Below, piece after piece: positions 20,232-31,320 of a stretch of DNA of 64,000 nucleotides (position 1 is its first letter; each line of letters starts with the position of its first letter). Origin of the DNA: Trypanosoma brucei (lineage: Eukaryota); NCBI GenBank assembly GCA_000002445.1, contig CP000066.1, positions 576,001 through 640,000 on the forward strand, written 5' to 3'. Below the pieces are notes generated by a model. That model saw nothing but the letters and a program-made list of their open reading frames with translations. It did no database searches and was not told the origin of the DNA. The position numbers were made by a program, and so were the translations under genes.

Positions 20232-21682
20232 CCTGATTTACCTTTGTTTTTGTATCGTACTGTTTTGCCTTTAGGCAAAGGGTGTTGTGTGAAACGTGCA
20301 TCAAAGGTGTTCGACGTTCACTGGGGGTTCGAATGGGAGCAGCGCACAACATTGGGGAGTGTTTCCTATAATATTATTTACCCGTTGCGCGTTTCTTCTC
20401 AACTTCCCATTTTTTCTAGCTCCCTCCTCATTCCTTTCCCGGTGCGAAGGACTTTCGTTTCTAGTTGGCGGCCCCTTTTTAGTACACGGTGTAATTAGAG
20501 ACTGTAGACGTTGTGCGGTCGGCTTTTTCGTCAATTAGATTCCACTATGTGGAGTTAGCCATTTGTCGGTCGATATATAAACCTGCACGTGGAAATGTAA
20601 CGCTTTCTTTACTTTTGTGTGTTGCCGTTACTGGTAAACACATTATTCGAAACTTTATTTGTCCAGACGGTAATAGAGGAATGGGTGACAACCCACCCAT
20701 CAGAATTGAGGAATCAATGACGTGTTGCTGTTGCATCCCATTTGTGCTGTGTAAATGGACCGTAACATCTCTTTTGCCTAGCTACTTGAGCAGTCATAAC
20801 CTCTTGTTGTGAGCAGAAACACTTGCGGGTAACACCGATCCGCCTCACACTGTGGCGTGCAATTATTAGTCACCGTCTCATCTCCGCCTTCTTTCTGGAG
20901 GAGCAGCAGCAGCAGAGAGAGAGAGAGAAAAGCAGGAGGCGGGAATTACTAAAGTTGCTTGGGTGATTTTTAGCTTTGGTGCCACTGTAGATCCGTTGTG
21001 TTGCTGCCTTTCTTCAGTTTCCGATGACATAACTGGAAGTACACTGCTGAACTTGTGCTGGCACGACTACCGTTTTCTTTGTTATTGTTGGAGGAGGGGA
21101 ATGATCATAGGCTGTACCTCAGCTTTATCCTTTGGGAGTGGAGAGGGATAACAATATCTATCTTATCAGGGAGAATTGGTACCTGTGATTTTGTGGACTG
21201 TCACAGACTCTGCAGTCAAGTGTTCTTACTACTCTACTCGTGACAAATATCATGCTGGCAATGGCACTAGGCCCTTATGGTCGCTGCGAGCCCGTGTGAG
21301 TAGGTTCGTTTGTTTAAGTGCCTGAACGAACGTTGTTCGTTTGACTAAACAAATGTGCGTTGGTGGGTTTTCGATGCGTTTGTTAACAACGTGTCGTACA
21401 CGAACAGCGACTGTTCAGTTGTTGTTGTTTTTGAGTGCTACAGACCCCCAGATTTTTGGTGTGGAGAGTCTCCTGGCAAGGTTTCTCACGCAGAGGAGGT
21501 CGGTCTCCGCTCCTCCCCATTTTTTCCCCCTCCTTTTCGCAGCTGATTGAACAAAGCACCGCTGTATTACGGCATTTTAGTGGGTAGCAAGTAGCCGCTA
21601 TCCTTGCCCAACAATTTTAAAGTTTCATAGTGTTCTGGAAGAAAAAAAACATAGAAGGTGTTGGCACCAATAGCTATACAGA

Positions 21683-23539
21683 ATGAAGTCTCGACAACCG
21701 ACGAAGAATTGCATCAACATGCACGACATTGTTGCCCAGCCACTTGACGCGGTGGTGGGTGCCATCAACGCTACTTTACGGCGGCCAGAGGAACTTGACG
21801 ATGCCGAGGTCCGCAGTATTTTCGAGGAAACTTCGTTTATTTTGCTACGGGCTGAAGAGGCGCTGATGGCCTCTGAGGAAGCTGCATTTCGTGCTCTCTT
21901 CACGCTTCTCAACAAGGGGTTTGCTCATAGCGCCGAGTCATTTGGCAAGGGCGTGGAGGTGTTTAGTTCCCAAGTCATGCTGCTGGAAGTGTTGGAAAGC
22001 ATTTTTCATCGTGCCGTCAAGCTCCAAGTCTTCCCGCTGCAGGGCGAAGCCGTTGCAGCGCTGCTTTACACCGTTGGAAACTTGTGTGATGGTGATGGCA
22101 CTAAAGATTCCTGTGGTCGCCTCTTTATTGGTGGGCTGGCAAACATCCTTGTCCACATGTACAGCCAGGATGTTGAAGAAGCACACCAGCACTTTGTCAC
22201 GCAACGCGCTGCTGTAGGTGCGATGATTAAATTGATGAAGAGGTCCCCACGGAATAGGAAACTCATCACTTCGTGGGACTTTTTGGCGAATTGCTGTGCT
22301 TTGAGCGTCGACCCCTTCTTCCAATTGCAGTGTATTGAGTTGTTGTATCGTGTTTCCCGCTCTAACAAATCGATATTTAAGCAAATGAAGAGTCGCCTTT
22401 CGACTGAGGTTATAGAGAAACTCGCCTCCTTGACAAACAGTGCAACATTGATATCTGATATGATGGGCGTGCTTGCGGTCATAAACCGTGACCGAGAGAG
22501 TCTTCTGGTGTTTCCTTTGGGAGCTTGTGAAGTGGCTGGTGTAGACTTAAACGGCTCGATGACGTGCTACTTCGCACCGCACTATTTTGTGCTTATATCC
22601 TCCGATGCCGTTACGGAGAGTACCATTCCTTATTCATCCATTCGGTCCGCGAAGTTTGTGGAACCCAGCGGTGTCGCTATCCGTGTTCACGAATTTCCTG
22701 CAAGTTTGGTGGCAGGGTTATCTAGAAAAACTCCAAAAGGCGATACACTAACGCTCCGTGTGAGCAGGGAACAACTCCAACGATTTAAGAGCTCGTCGAT
22801 TCATTCATGGATTACCGCTGCTATGAAAACTAGAGAAGGTGCACACCAGACCCCCGTTGGTGCACCCGGGGCCGGCAACAATGAACGCTGGAGCTCTGGT
22901 GTGACTCCAGTGGCATCGGACCATCCCCAGGACGGCAGCGGTCGTAAGAGATATCGAGAAGAATCCGTACAATCAGCAGGAAGCGGTAAGCCTGGCACAA
23001 CTTCCGACTTGAAAAATGTTGGGTCTTCGGAGGGACCGACAAGCGGTATCATGAAACATTCGGCTGAAGCGGTGAAGTTGATGAGCGAGGTATTCCCCCA
23101 GAAGGTAACTTCAATTATGTCTGAATCGATAAATAAGATCCAGGAAGCAGTCGACGGTGCACGTGTAACGACCGATGGATACCGCAGTCACGTCAAGTCG
23201 GCTGTCGAGGGGGCCATTCAACTCGTGGAGGATTCCCTTATGGCATCGCATTCAAAGGCTGCGGCAGCGGTGGAGAAACTAAACCACGAGCTGCAGGAAC
23301 GAAAAGCAACCGATACCGCCTTTCATCAGCGGATCGCGTGCATAGAGATTGCCGCGCAGCAGGCCTTGGAGGAAAGTAGAGAGAGTGAGGTGAGGTCGCT
23401 CGATTCGATAAAAAAGGAATTCGAGCAGCATGCAGCGAAGTATGCGGCAGCACTCGATGATGAACTTATACGACTGTCGAACCCGGTGAGTACCCTTTTT
23501 AACATTTTTAATTCCGAGGGTAACCAAAGCATTTGTTAG
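21683..23539 (+). CDS. Hypothetical protein (618 aa) with helical N-terminal half and C-terminal coiled coil
   Basis: Long ATG ORF on the PTU strand. Three long antisense ORFs are shadows of it. No family was recognised. Confidence 0.75.
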   Translation: MKSRQPTKNCINMHDIVAQPLDAVVGAINATLRRPEELDDAEVRSIFEETSFILLRAEEALMASEEAAFRALFTLLNKGFAHSAESFGKGVEVFSSQVMLLEVLESIFHRAVKLQVFPLQGEAVAALLYTVGNLCDGDGTKDSCGRLFIGGLANILVHMYSQDVEEAHQHFVTQRAAVGAMIKLMKRSPRNRKLITSWDFLANCCALSVDPFFQLQCIELLYRVSRSNKSIFKQMKSRLSTEVIEKLASLTNSATLISDMMGVLAVINRDRESLLVFPLGACEVAGVDLNGSMTCYFAPHYFVLISSDAVTESTIPYSSIRSAKFVEPSGVAIRVHEFPASLVAGLSRKTPKGDTLTLRVSREQLQRFKSSSIHSWITAAMKTREGAHQTPVGAPGAGNNERWSSGVTPVASDHPQDGSGRKRYREESVQSAGSGKPGTTSDLKNVGSSEGPTSGIMKHSAEAVKLMSEVFPQKVTSIMSESINKIQEAVDGARVTTDGYRSHVKSAVEGAIQLVEDSLMASHSKAAAAVEKLNHELQERKATDTAFHQRIACIEIAAQQALEESRESEVRSLDSIKKEFEQHAAKYAAALDDELIRLSNPVSTLFNIFNSEGNQSIC

Positions 23540-23845
23540 ACTGCCAATTCGTATTTACTGGCATGTTTTACTCCGACTTGTCCTTCCACGCTTGTATATA
23601 AATCACTTCTCGCGTGTATGCGGCAAACCATGGATCGTTCGTTGCCATGGCTGAGTAATGACGTAAACAGTAGTGAGCGTGCATGAAGCAATCGTTCGCA
23701 TGTACATGGGTCGATACTGCAAGATAGTTGTTTGGCATGGCTCCCTCATCTTCGTTCCCGTGTCCCTTTCCCCTTCCCCGCGTTATATTCTGCAGGGGAA
23801 GATATAAGAAAAAAGTTTTTTTAAAAAGGCATTAATACCACAGTC

Positions 23846-24844
23846 ATGGCTTGGATAACTGATGCTGCCGTTTCGCAGTTCCCATTGGCCACGGTCCTGA
23901 AGCAGCAGGGAGCTCTTCCCACATCCAACATGTTTACCGCTCTCCCCGAAAACCGAGTGCTTCGCATCTTTCAGCTCAATGCACTGACGACACAGGAGGA
24001 GGTTGTAGAGATCCTTCGTGGTTATCTGTTAGACATATTCAACATAGGAGCTCTTCAATCATACCGTTATGTTTACCAGGACGAGTTTAGCTTTCTTCTC
24101 GACGTCATTCTCTTTTTCGGGTCGACTTGGAGGTGCGGTCAGTCCGTGGGAGATCGTATGCAGAACCTTGTTTTACGCAATGAGATCAAAGCACTGGAAT
24201 CTGGGCAGAGCGACGCTGTACAGCTGGTCCATTCACTCGTGCCAAGCCGCGCTCGTCTTCTTTTGTATGGGGTACTTAATCTCTTCGTACCTTATTTATT
24301 CCGAAAACTGCAGCGGCGGACCTTGGAGGAAGGTTGGGAGGACGGGGGCGCAGGCGTTGTTAAGCGTAAATTGGCCAAACTACTGAAGGCTGTATCCGTT
24401 TCGTGGATGATCATCTCCCTGCTACACACCCTGCACTTCCTTGCTACAGCGCAGTATCGCACGCCTGTGGAGAGAATGCTTTCACTTCGGCTAGTATACG
24501 GTAGCCAGGATACTCGGAGGTTTACGAACCTTATCTACTTGAACCAACACATATTTTGGCAGATATGGAGTTCTTTCATAAGTGTGCTCAATATCGGCCG
24601 ATACACCTCAAGAGTAACTCGGTTTCTGCAAGCTTTCACAGCGAAGCCGGGAAATCCCTCTTTGACCGATAATGCATGTTCTGCATGCCACAATAAGCCA
24701 ACACTCCCACAACGATCAAACTGCGGGCACTTGTATTGCTATTACTGCATCAAGAGTCGCCTGTTAGGTCCTGGCTCCGCAAAGTCGTTTAGATGCTTGC
24801 GTTGCGGAACGGTTGTAAGCACAACCACCCCATGGGCACAGTGA
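23846..24844 (+). CDS. PEX2: Peroxin 2 (glycosomal/peroxisomal RING E3 of the import machinery)
   Basis: 332 aa with a Pex2/Pex12-type N-terminal membrane domain. The C-terminal RING CSACHNKPTLPQRSNCGHLYCYYCIKSRLLGPGSAKSFRCLRCGTVV matches the recalled human PEX2 RING [28 protein letters not shown]...FTCPKCGTEV. Confidence 0.82.
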   Translation: MAWITDAAVSQFPLATVLKQQGALPTSNMFTALPENRVLRIFQLNALTTQEEVVEILRGYLLDIFNIGALQSYRYVYQDEFSFLLDVILFFGSTWRCGQSVGDRMQNLVLRNEIKALESGQSDAVQLVHSLVPSRARLLLYGVLNLFVPYLFRKLQRRTLEEGWEDGGAGVVKRKLAKLLKAVSVSWMIISLLHTLHFLATAQYRTPVERMLSLRLVYGSQDTRRFTNLIYLNQHIFWQIWSSFISVLNIGRYTSRVTRFLQAFTAKPGNPSLTDNACSACHNKPTLPQRSNCGHLYCYYCIKSRLLGPGSAKSFRCLRCGTVVSTTTPWAQ

Positions 24845-25320
24845 TCTATATGCAGTGGATAAGATGATGGTTGGGCAGGACGGGGATGGAGGAGTAGTGC
24901 TAAACGGACTGAAGCAACATCAAACGCTGGAAGGGGAGGAGCGTGTAAATTTAAGTGTGTGTTCATGCGTATGAACTCTGTCATTCCAACTTCTTCCGAC
25001 TCCGCGTGTGTGTTTGCTGAGGTGGTATTGCGCGTAATCCCGCAGTTCGGTGTTGAATATCCTTTTCTTTTACTTTGATCTATGCAAAGGCAGAACCACA
25101 GGCTTCTCCGGCTTGAATGTAGTAGGCAACTTGCGAGCGCTTACTCGCTTTTTTGAATTTCTCAAATAAAGTGACCAGCCCTCTATGGTCCATCTGCCCC
25201 TTTGTTTTTCTCACCGTCCGCATCTTTGGTTATTATTAATTTTTTTTTTGCGTTTTGTTGCCCTCCATCCTCGCTCCCGAATTACTCTTTGGAGTATCGT
25301 AGACTTTCTCCCTTCAACAT

Positions 25321-25842
25321 ATGGATCCGGCGGTAGGGGTCTTCTCCCCTTTCCACAGCGTCCTTGACGGGAAGAATAGCCGGATAAACCAAGCATTGGA
25401 GCTGGCGACAAAGGTGACCGTAAAAGAGGAACCGGACACTGAGAACGGCGGTGGCAAGGCAGCGATCATCAAGACACCGAAAGAAAATGGATCAAACCCC
25501 AACGGAACGTTGTGTGGCGGCTGCGAAAAGGTTTACACAACGAAAAAAATCCCTAAAGGGGGGACTTACCTTTGCAAACAGTGTGGGGAGAGGTACATTT
25601 CCAAATCTGCCGCCGGTCATTTCCCACCAAACACGCTGAAGTGCTGTCCTGCTAGTGTTACGGAGGGTACCGACGGTGTTGTACGTTGTTGCGCATGCCA
25701 CAGCTGGTACCATTGTGCGTGCTTGGGTATAGTTGATAAAACGCTCAAAGAGTATATCTCGTTGTCTACTACTAAGTGGTATTGCATGGAACCCGCTTGC
25801 TGTGAAAAGGTTCTGTGCGAGAAATTGAAGCGGAAACGGTAG
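25321..25842 (+). CDS. Small zinc-finger protein with PHD-like finger
   Basis: 173 aa. It has a zinc-ribbon-like CGGCEKVY...CKQCGERY followed by the PHD-like VVRCCACHSWYHCACLGIVDKTLKEYISLSTTKWYCMEPAC. Confidence 0.7.
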   Translation: MDPAVGVFSPFHSVLDGKNSRINQALELATKVTVKEEPDTENGGGKAAIIKTPKENGSNPNGTLCGGCEKVYTTKKIPKGGTYLCKQCGERYISKSAAGHFPPNTLKCCPASVTEGTDGVVRCCACHSWYHCACLGIVDKTLKEYISLSTTKWYCMEPACCEKVLCEKLKRKR

Positions 25843-26104
25843 AAAAAGATTAACAGGGGGGGATACCGACCCGAACTGTGGTCACCCCCAGCGTTTCCAA
25901 GTCGATTTTATTCTTTTGTTGGTTGATCTATTTGTGGGGAAAGCGCTCCGAAGTTGCGTGAAGACCCGTCAACCCCCGCTGCTATCCGGTGTGGTGTGTG
26001 GTTTGTATCCTCCCTTTTTTTATCAACGTTCCTCTGTCTTTGCTTTATTTAGCACAAGTAACGTCAACAGAGCAAGGCGATTAGTGCACGCGTGATCATT
26101 CGCC

Positions 26105-27532
26105 ATGATTCACTTCGTCTTACTATGCTATCTCCTTTTCCCGCACGTACACCCGCAAGCCGCACCACTTCTCGAAGCGCTGGATCATCCGCTGTACTTC
26201 AGATCCAGCATGATGGCACAAAAAACAGATATTATAAATGGCAGTGTAATGAAGAAGCTGTTGGATTGGTACGTGGTCCGCGAGGCAAGTGAGTTGGGCT
26301 TTCGTGTTGCTACACTATTACAGACTGAAAACATGACACACTCAGAGCATGCAGAACCTTCCCTTGTTGCTCTTGGCCATGTAGTCACACGATGTAAACC
26401 CGTTTCAATGCCATCGTCTGCACCTGACGCTGCTTCTGTTGCATTACAGACATCACCTAGAACTATAAGGTTCTTTTATATCTGCAGCGGGTGGTCCTCC
26501 GCAACTCTTCGTGCCGTGGTTGCCCACTGGCGGGAAGGGACACTGGAGACAGTGGTGGACGAACCAGTCCTTTCGCTTGGTGCAGCGCGGGGGTGGCATT
26601 TGCCTATCAGCGTCCCAGATACGCCTCAACATTTGCTCTACGTTCTTGCGGCCGATGGGAAAACAACGGCAGTGCTGATCGAGGCCGATGAGTCTCCCAC
26701 AAGTGCACAACCCACTCGCATAACGACCCTACGCTTACCTCAGAAGTCGGCCGCGGGCGACACAAGATTAGTGTCATCTTGTTACCTGCCGAGCGTTGGG
26801 CTCAGTGGTCTCGTGCACCATTCAGAGACAGATGGACACTCGCACTTTGAACTGCACCGTGTCTTTTCCTCTGCACAGTCAGCAGAATTGCTACTGGAAA
26901 CATCAACGAACATCTTTACTGAACTCAGCGTGGAAGAGCGGCTTCACTGCAGCCTCTCGTCCCGCGTCACTTTCACTGACTGTAGCCTCACCTTCTCCAA
27001 TGAGGCGGTGTCTCGTGTGGACGTAACGGTTACCGCCCTTGTTGAGTCTCCAGTCGGAAGCGGTGGACACACAGTCGATGAGTGGATTTTGTGTGGCAAA
27101 ATAACACTTTCAGGAAACGCTGTGGTAAAAGAAAGTGGACTAAGAATTCAAGTGGCTCCTTTGCGCCGAGAGCGATTTACACCTGCGCGAACGACTCTTG
27201 AGCACGTTGCGCGCTTGGGATCGAACGGAAGTATCACGGGCCACATGAGGCGCTGTATTTTTTACCACGCTGGCGGTGCCGCCAGAGCTGAAGGTGGCGG
27301 TGAGGAGGTCGTGAATTGTAGCAGTGCCACAACCCACTTCCGCAGCGGTCGCCGCGGTGTTTCCAAGAGCTGCGTGGCGTTGCGGGTGTGGTGGAGACAA
27401 GAAGAGACCATCAATGGATATTTGTGCAATAAATTTGGTCTCTCCACCACCGAATTAAGCTCCGTTTTCTTTGTACTATTCACATCATTATGCGGTCTCC
27501 AACTTACCGCTTATTTTTTTTGTTCAACCTAG
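26105..27532 (+). CDS. Hypothetical protein with C-terminal transmembrane segment
   Basis: 475-aa ORF. The first 35 codons overlap a pyrimidine-rich stretch, so the true start may be the ATG-ATG at 26210-26215 (MMAQKTD...). The C-terminal hydrophobic tail is LSSVFFVLFTSLCGLQLTAYFF. Confidence 0.7.
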   Translation: MIHFVLLCYLLFPHVHPQAAPLLEALDHPLYFRSSMMAQKTDIINGSVMKKLLDWYVVREASELGFRVATLLQTENMTHSEHAEPSLVALGHVVTRCKPVSMPSSAPDAASVALQTSPRTIRFFYICSGWSSATLRAVVAHWREGTLETVVDEPVLSLGAARGWHLPISVPDTPQHLLYVLAADGKTTAVLIEADESPTSAQPTRITTLRLPQKSAAGDTRLVSSCYLPSVGLSGLVHHSETDGHSHFELHRVFSSAQSAELLLETSTNIFTELSVEERLHCSLSSRVTFTDCSLTFSNEAVSRVDVTVTALVESPVGSGGHTVDEWILCGKITLSGNAVVKESGLRIQVAPLRRERFTPARTTLEHVARLGSNGSITGHMRRCIFYHAGGAARAEGGGEEVVNCSSATTHFRSGRRGVSKSCVALRVWWRQEETINGYLCNKFGLSTTELSSVFFVLFTSLCGLQLTAYFFCST

Positions 27533-27855
27533 AGGCGGTTCTCTCTTAAGAGCATGAGGTCCTCGGTTTTGATCCCGTACAATATCCTAGTTTGTTTGTT
27601 GTTATTGTTCGTTTGTTTGTTTTACGTTTGTCTGTTCTGTTTGCTGTCTATTTTGTATAATTTTTACTATATTGTGCCACTTTCATTTTTGTTATCTTTC
27701 TCTCCCACGTACCTCCCCTCTCCCTACTCCCATGGAGCGGTGCACCGCATTTTGTGTGAATTTATCACATATGTTCGCTCCCACAGGTACATGTTCATCT
27801 GCGTATATTTTTCTTCCTTTTCCCTCGCCTTTGTACTTCGTGGAGCGAGTTAAGG

Positions 27856-28260
27856 ATGAACAACAAGGCACCGGGCACGCCGCCCCGTCCGGAAGGGTAT
27901 GAAACGGCGGGAGGTGCTGCAACAAATGAAAATTTTTTCCACCCCAAACGTAAGATGACGAAAAGCATTCAGCGAGCGGGGTTCCGCTCTGCGCGGCGCC
28001 TAATGGTGTGCTTTTCGGTAGTCATCGGAACAATTGTTATAGCGCCTTCGTACTTGGGACCATTTTATGTAAACTACGTGGCCGGTAAGAACTGGTTAGA
28101 GCGGGCGAGCAAGTCCATTTGGACCCGACGTAACGAGAAGGATTACGACCTCTACATGACGCAGCGCAAGAATGGGTGGTGGGAGTATTTAGGACTCAAA
28201 CACTACAACATTGGGGGTGAAACTAATGTTGGCGAGATCCAGACATACCGAAGCAAATAA
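27856..28260 (+). CDS. Small single-pass membrane protein (134 aa), hypothetical
   Basis: ATG ORF on the PTU strand with non-repetitive sequence and one TM segment (LMVCFSVVIGTIVIAPSYL). No family was recognised. Confidence 0.55.
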   Translation: MNNKAPGTPPRPEGYETAGGAATNENFFHPKRKMTKSIQRAGFRSARRLMVCFSVVIGTIVIAPSYLGPFYVNYVAGKNWLERASKSIWTRRNEKDYDLYMTQRKNGWWEYLGLKHYNIGGETNVGEIQTYRSK

Positions 28261-28764
28261 AACCATGAAGCCAGCATATGGAGGGAATCAGGGGAAAGCA
28301 GGTTTTGCTGTGCGGGTGCAAGTACCTATTTAGTCGTTGGTTCTAGCGTACGTAGTTGTTTCTTTTTATATATATATATATATATTATTTTTGAATTTAG
28401 TTTGTTTCATGTCAAGTTTCCCCTCCCTTTTCCCTTTTTTTTTCCTTTTGATCACATTTCAGCCTTTATATATGGTTTGTTGTCTGGCTCATAGAAGGCG
28501 TGTGTGGAGCTCTTGGCGTACCACAAATGGACTACCATTAGGCAGACAACAATCTGCTTTGGCTTTACCGGAAGCCGAACAATTGAAGGGCTTATTGTTG
28601 TTTGCGAAGTTTGGGGGACACCACACTCGATTTGCATGTGTTTCTTTTTTTTTTCTTTTACCTTTTAGCGCTTGACCTTTGGCTTATATAGCCCCCACTT
28701 TCCCCGTTATAATGTTGCGGACCTTCATCATCCTCTTTGCCTTTTTATAGCATAGCAAACGCAT

Positions 28765-29085
28765 ATGGAAAAAAATGCGCATGGGCTACTAGCCGATGCA
28801 GATTCACCGAAGGCCCATCGGCACATACGCAATACATTGAAAGTGAACAAATTGAGTAGTGCGCTTATGTTTATGGCAGTTGTTACGCCCGTAATGGTTT
28901 TGGTTTCGTTTTACAGCGCAAAGCTTGAAGCAGTGCGGGAAAAGTGGGTGGATCCGTATGAGTTGCCACCCGGCTTTAATCCCAAAACGGGAAGGTTTAT
29001 GTCTGACAGTAAACCTCAAGGGGTAACGGAGCCGCCGGCGCCACTTCTGCTGCGGGGCGCTGTGCCAGGGGCAACACGGCAATGA
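28765..29085 (+). CDS. Small single-pass membrane protein (106 aa), hypothetical
   Basis: ATG ORF on the PTU strand with one TM segment (ALMFMAVVTPVMVLVSFY). A longer antisense ORF (28804-29304) has poorer composition and lies on the wrong strand. Confidence 0.5.
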   Translation: MEKNAHGLLADADSPKAHRHIRNTLKVNKLSSALMFMAVVTPVMVLVSFYSAKLEAVREKWVDPYELPPGFNPKTGRFMSDSKPQGVTEPPAPLLLRGAVPGATRQ

Positions 29086-29627
29086 GGCAATTAAATCATA
29101 ACTAATAAGAGACACCGGCTGAATGTCAAAACAAAAAAATTCCAATCGGAACATGTACATTTGGGGCTTTTCCGCCTGAAGAATATGTGAGCGTTCGACA
29201 CCCACGAGTTTGTTTTGTCTTTTTGTGTGTTTTGATTTGCTTGACAGGACGAATGGCACGCGTTTGTCGTCAGCTGGGCATGCAATGGTGTATATTAGTG
29301 TCATATCTTGGGTATTTTATCCTAGTTTAGCCTCTTTTATTTGTGTTGGTGTCCGACTAAACTGCATGCCACAAAATTGTCTTGAATTTTTTTTTCACCT
29401 TTTTTTTTCTTTTTTGTTCTGTGTTTTCGTAATACTCAAGACCATTGGGAGCTTTTTGTACCTCTAAAAAAAAAAAAGCTCACCCGACGCCATTTGATTC
29501 ATATCCCACTCCTAGTGGTGGCATCGGCACAGAACTTTGTTTGTTTTGTTATTTTCTTTGTATTTAGTGGCTGGCACATATCGTTTGTGTTTGGAAGCCC
29601 ACGTAGCTGAATGTGATACGGCCCTTC

Positions 29628-30956
29628 ATGAAAATATTACGCGATGTTTACAGGCAAACCTTCCCAAAGAAATTGCGATTCGACAAGTCTTCCCGAATTC
29701 TTTACGCCCAGATATATGTGATAGCGAGGCGCCACAAGCATCGGAAATACATACCGAAGGAGGATATCGAAGACGTCCTTAACAATTACACAACGCTACC
29801 GGGATCCCCATGGTTACAGCTTCCGATAATCCGACATGTTTTGCTGATACGACAGATAAATGGGATCCGTGGCTTCTTTGGGAAACGCTCTTGGCTTCTC
29901 AACCGGGCTGTGGAAGAGGAGTTTAACAAAATTGTGCGGTGGATGAATGCGCAGGAGCAGTTAGTATTGAGGACGGGAGCGGGTAGATGCGCTGCAAATC
30001 TTGTGCTCCGAGAAAAGTTTGTAAAGGAGGTACTGGACGTTTTTCACGTAGCCACGGCTTACCAACGTATGGTGCGTGTTGGGGCCCTTTTGATTGTTAT
30101 ACTTTTACTTCTTCTTATCGTTATGGTAAATGTGGATCGTTTCGTGTACGTATACCTGGTACACTGGTCGGGCATGTGTCGCACGGAGGTGATGGAGTGG
30201 TTCCGTGAGATAACTGAGCAGCACGCCGTAGCGGAGGTGCCTCCGGCGTATCGAAGTTTGTTGCCACCTCCCTGTGTGATGCGTGTCGCTGAGGATGGCC
30301 GGGTAAAGTATGAATTAAAAATAGCTGAACTTGTTTCTAAGGATGAGAATATCATTGTTCTTGCGGTCCCCTGCCCACAGGTTGGGACAAAGTCGTTTTT
30401 TGCTGCACTGGGAAAGACGGTGGGGCTATGCGATGCTGTTCTCATGGAGGGGGTATCATTTGAGTATATTGATCGTATTGCCCCTGCATCCCTGTTTCCC
30501 CTGCGTGATGACACATTCCCCGCCCTTGGTGTGCATCATCGCTTTCTCGACATTCTTCGTGACTCGCGTGAGCCACCGTTTTTGTACCCTGCGGGCACAG
30601 AATTGAGCTGGTCGGCTTACTTGCAGCACCTTCTAATTCCATTTGAAGTCAAGTGTATTTATTGGCCCACATTCTCCTCTGCGTCAAAAGGGGAGGCGCG
30701 GGTGGGTTGGGGTCGATTGAGGGAGCTCATTGAAAAAGTAACTGTGGAACAAGAACGAGCACAATTAGGAGAGGATAAGAAAGAGCTGAAGCCGTATGTT
30801 ATTTGCTTACCGTGGACAGTGAACCAGATAGTTAATCTGGAGGCTAGCTTAGTTAAATTGGGGTTTCGCGTGAGAAGGGTGTTTCCATTGGAGTGGATCG
30901 ACCGCGACCACATGGGCGAGCATTTCTGTAATTATTACAGCCTTGTTGGGGAATGA
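29628..30956 (+). CDS. Hypothetical membrane protein (442 aa)
   Basis: The ORF-track start at 29613 is GTG, and the first ATG is at 29628. It has a basic N-terminus and one strong TM segment (VGALLIVILLLLLIVMVNV). No family was recognised. Confidence 0.72.
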   Translation: MKILRDVYRQTFPKKLRFDKSSRILYAQIYVIARRHKHRKYIPKEDIEDVLNNYTTLPGSPWLQLPIIRHVLLIRQINGIRGFFGKRSWLLNRAVEEEFNKIVRWMNAQEQLVLRTGAGRCAANLVLREKFVKEVLDVFHVATAYQRMVRVGALLIVILLLLLIVMVNVDRFVYVYLVHWSGMCRTEVMEWFREITEQHAVAEVPPAYRSLLPPPCVMRVAEDGRVKYELKIAELVSKDENIIVLAVPCPQVGTKSFFAALGKTVGLCDAVLMEGVSFEYIDRIAPASLFPLRDDTFPALGVHHRFLDILRDSREPPFLYPAGTELSWSAYLQHLLIPFEVKCIYWPTFSSASKGEARVGWGRLRELIEKVTVEQERAQLGEDKKELKPYVICLPWTVNQIVNLEASLVKLGFRVRRVFPLEWIDRDHMGEHFCNYYSLVGE

Positions 30957-31320
30957 ATCACATCTAAACTTCTTTTTGTTAATAAGGGAAGGAAGCACAC
31001 CCTTCAAACGAGCAGAGGTCCCCGTGCATGTGTACGAGGTGCCGGTGCCGTTGTGTGCTTAGGTGTGTGTGTGTGTGTTTGAGGACATTTTTGAAGTTCT
31101 AAAGTGCGTCACTCACATCTCCCTCACTCCATTTTTGTGTTTGAATATGTTTTTTCAAACGGCTATGTTGTATTTTGTTTGTTGATTGTAGTGCATGGTC
31201 TTACCATAACCCTTTTGCCTTTAATGTTAGCCTTGTAGTGCAAAAGAATCATCGTCGGATGAGATTTGGAAAATAGAACAACAACTTCAACGTTTCTGTG
31301 GCGCTATAGTGTAGGGTCTC

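Noticed and set aside
21938-22482. 148-aa and 138-aa minus-strand ORFs inside the 21683-23539 gene
   Set aside because: They are antisense shadows within a long, well-supported plus-strand ORF in a plus-strand PTU.
28804-29304. 166-aa minus-strand ORF overlapping the small plus-strand ORF 28765-29085
   Set aside because: It opposes PTU polarity and has heterogeneous composition with no motifs. The plus-strand ORF has a clean TM segment. Neither is strongly supported, so only the sense ORF is reported, at modest confidence.
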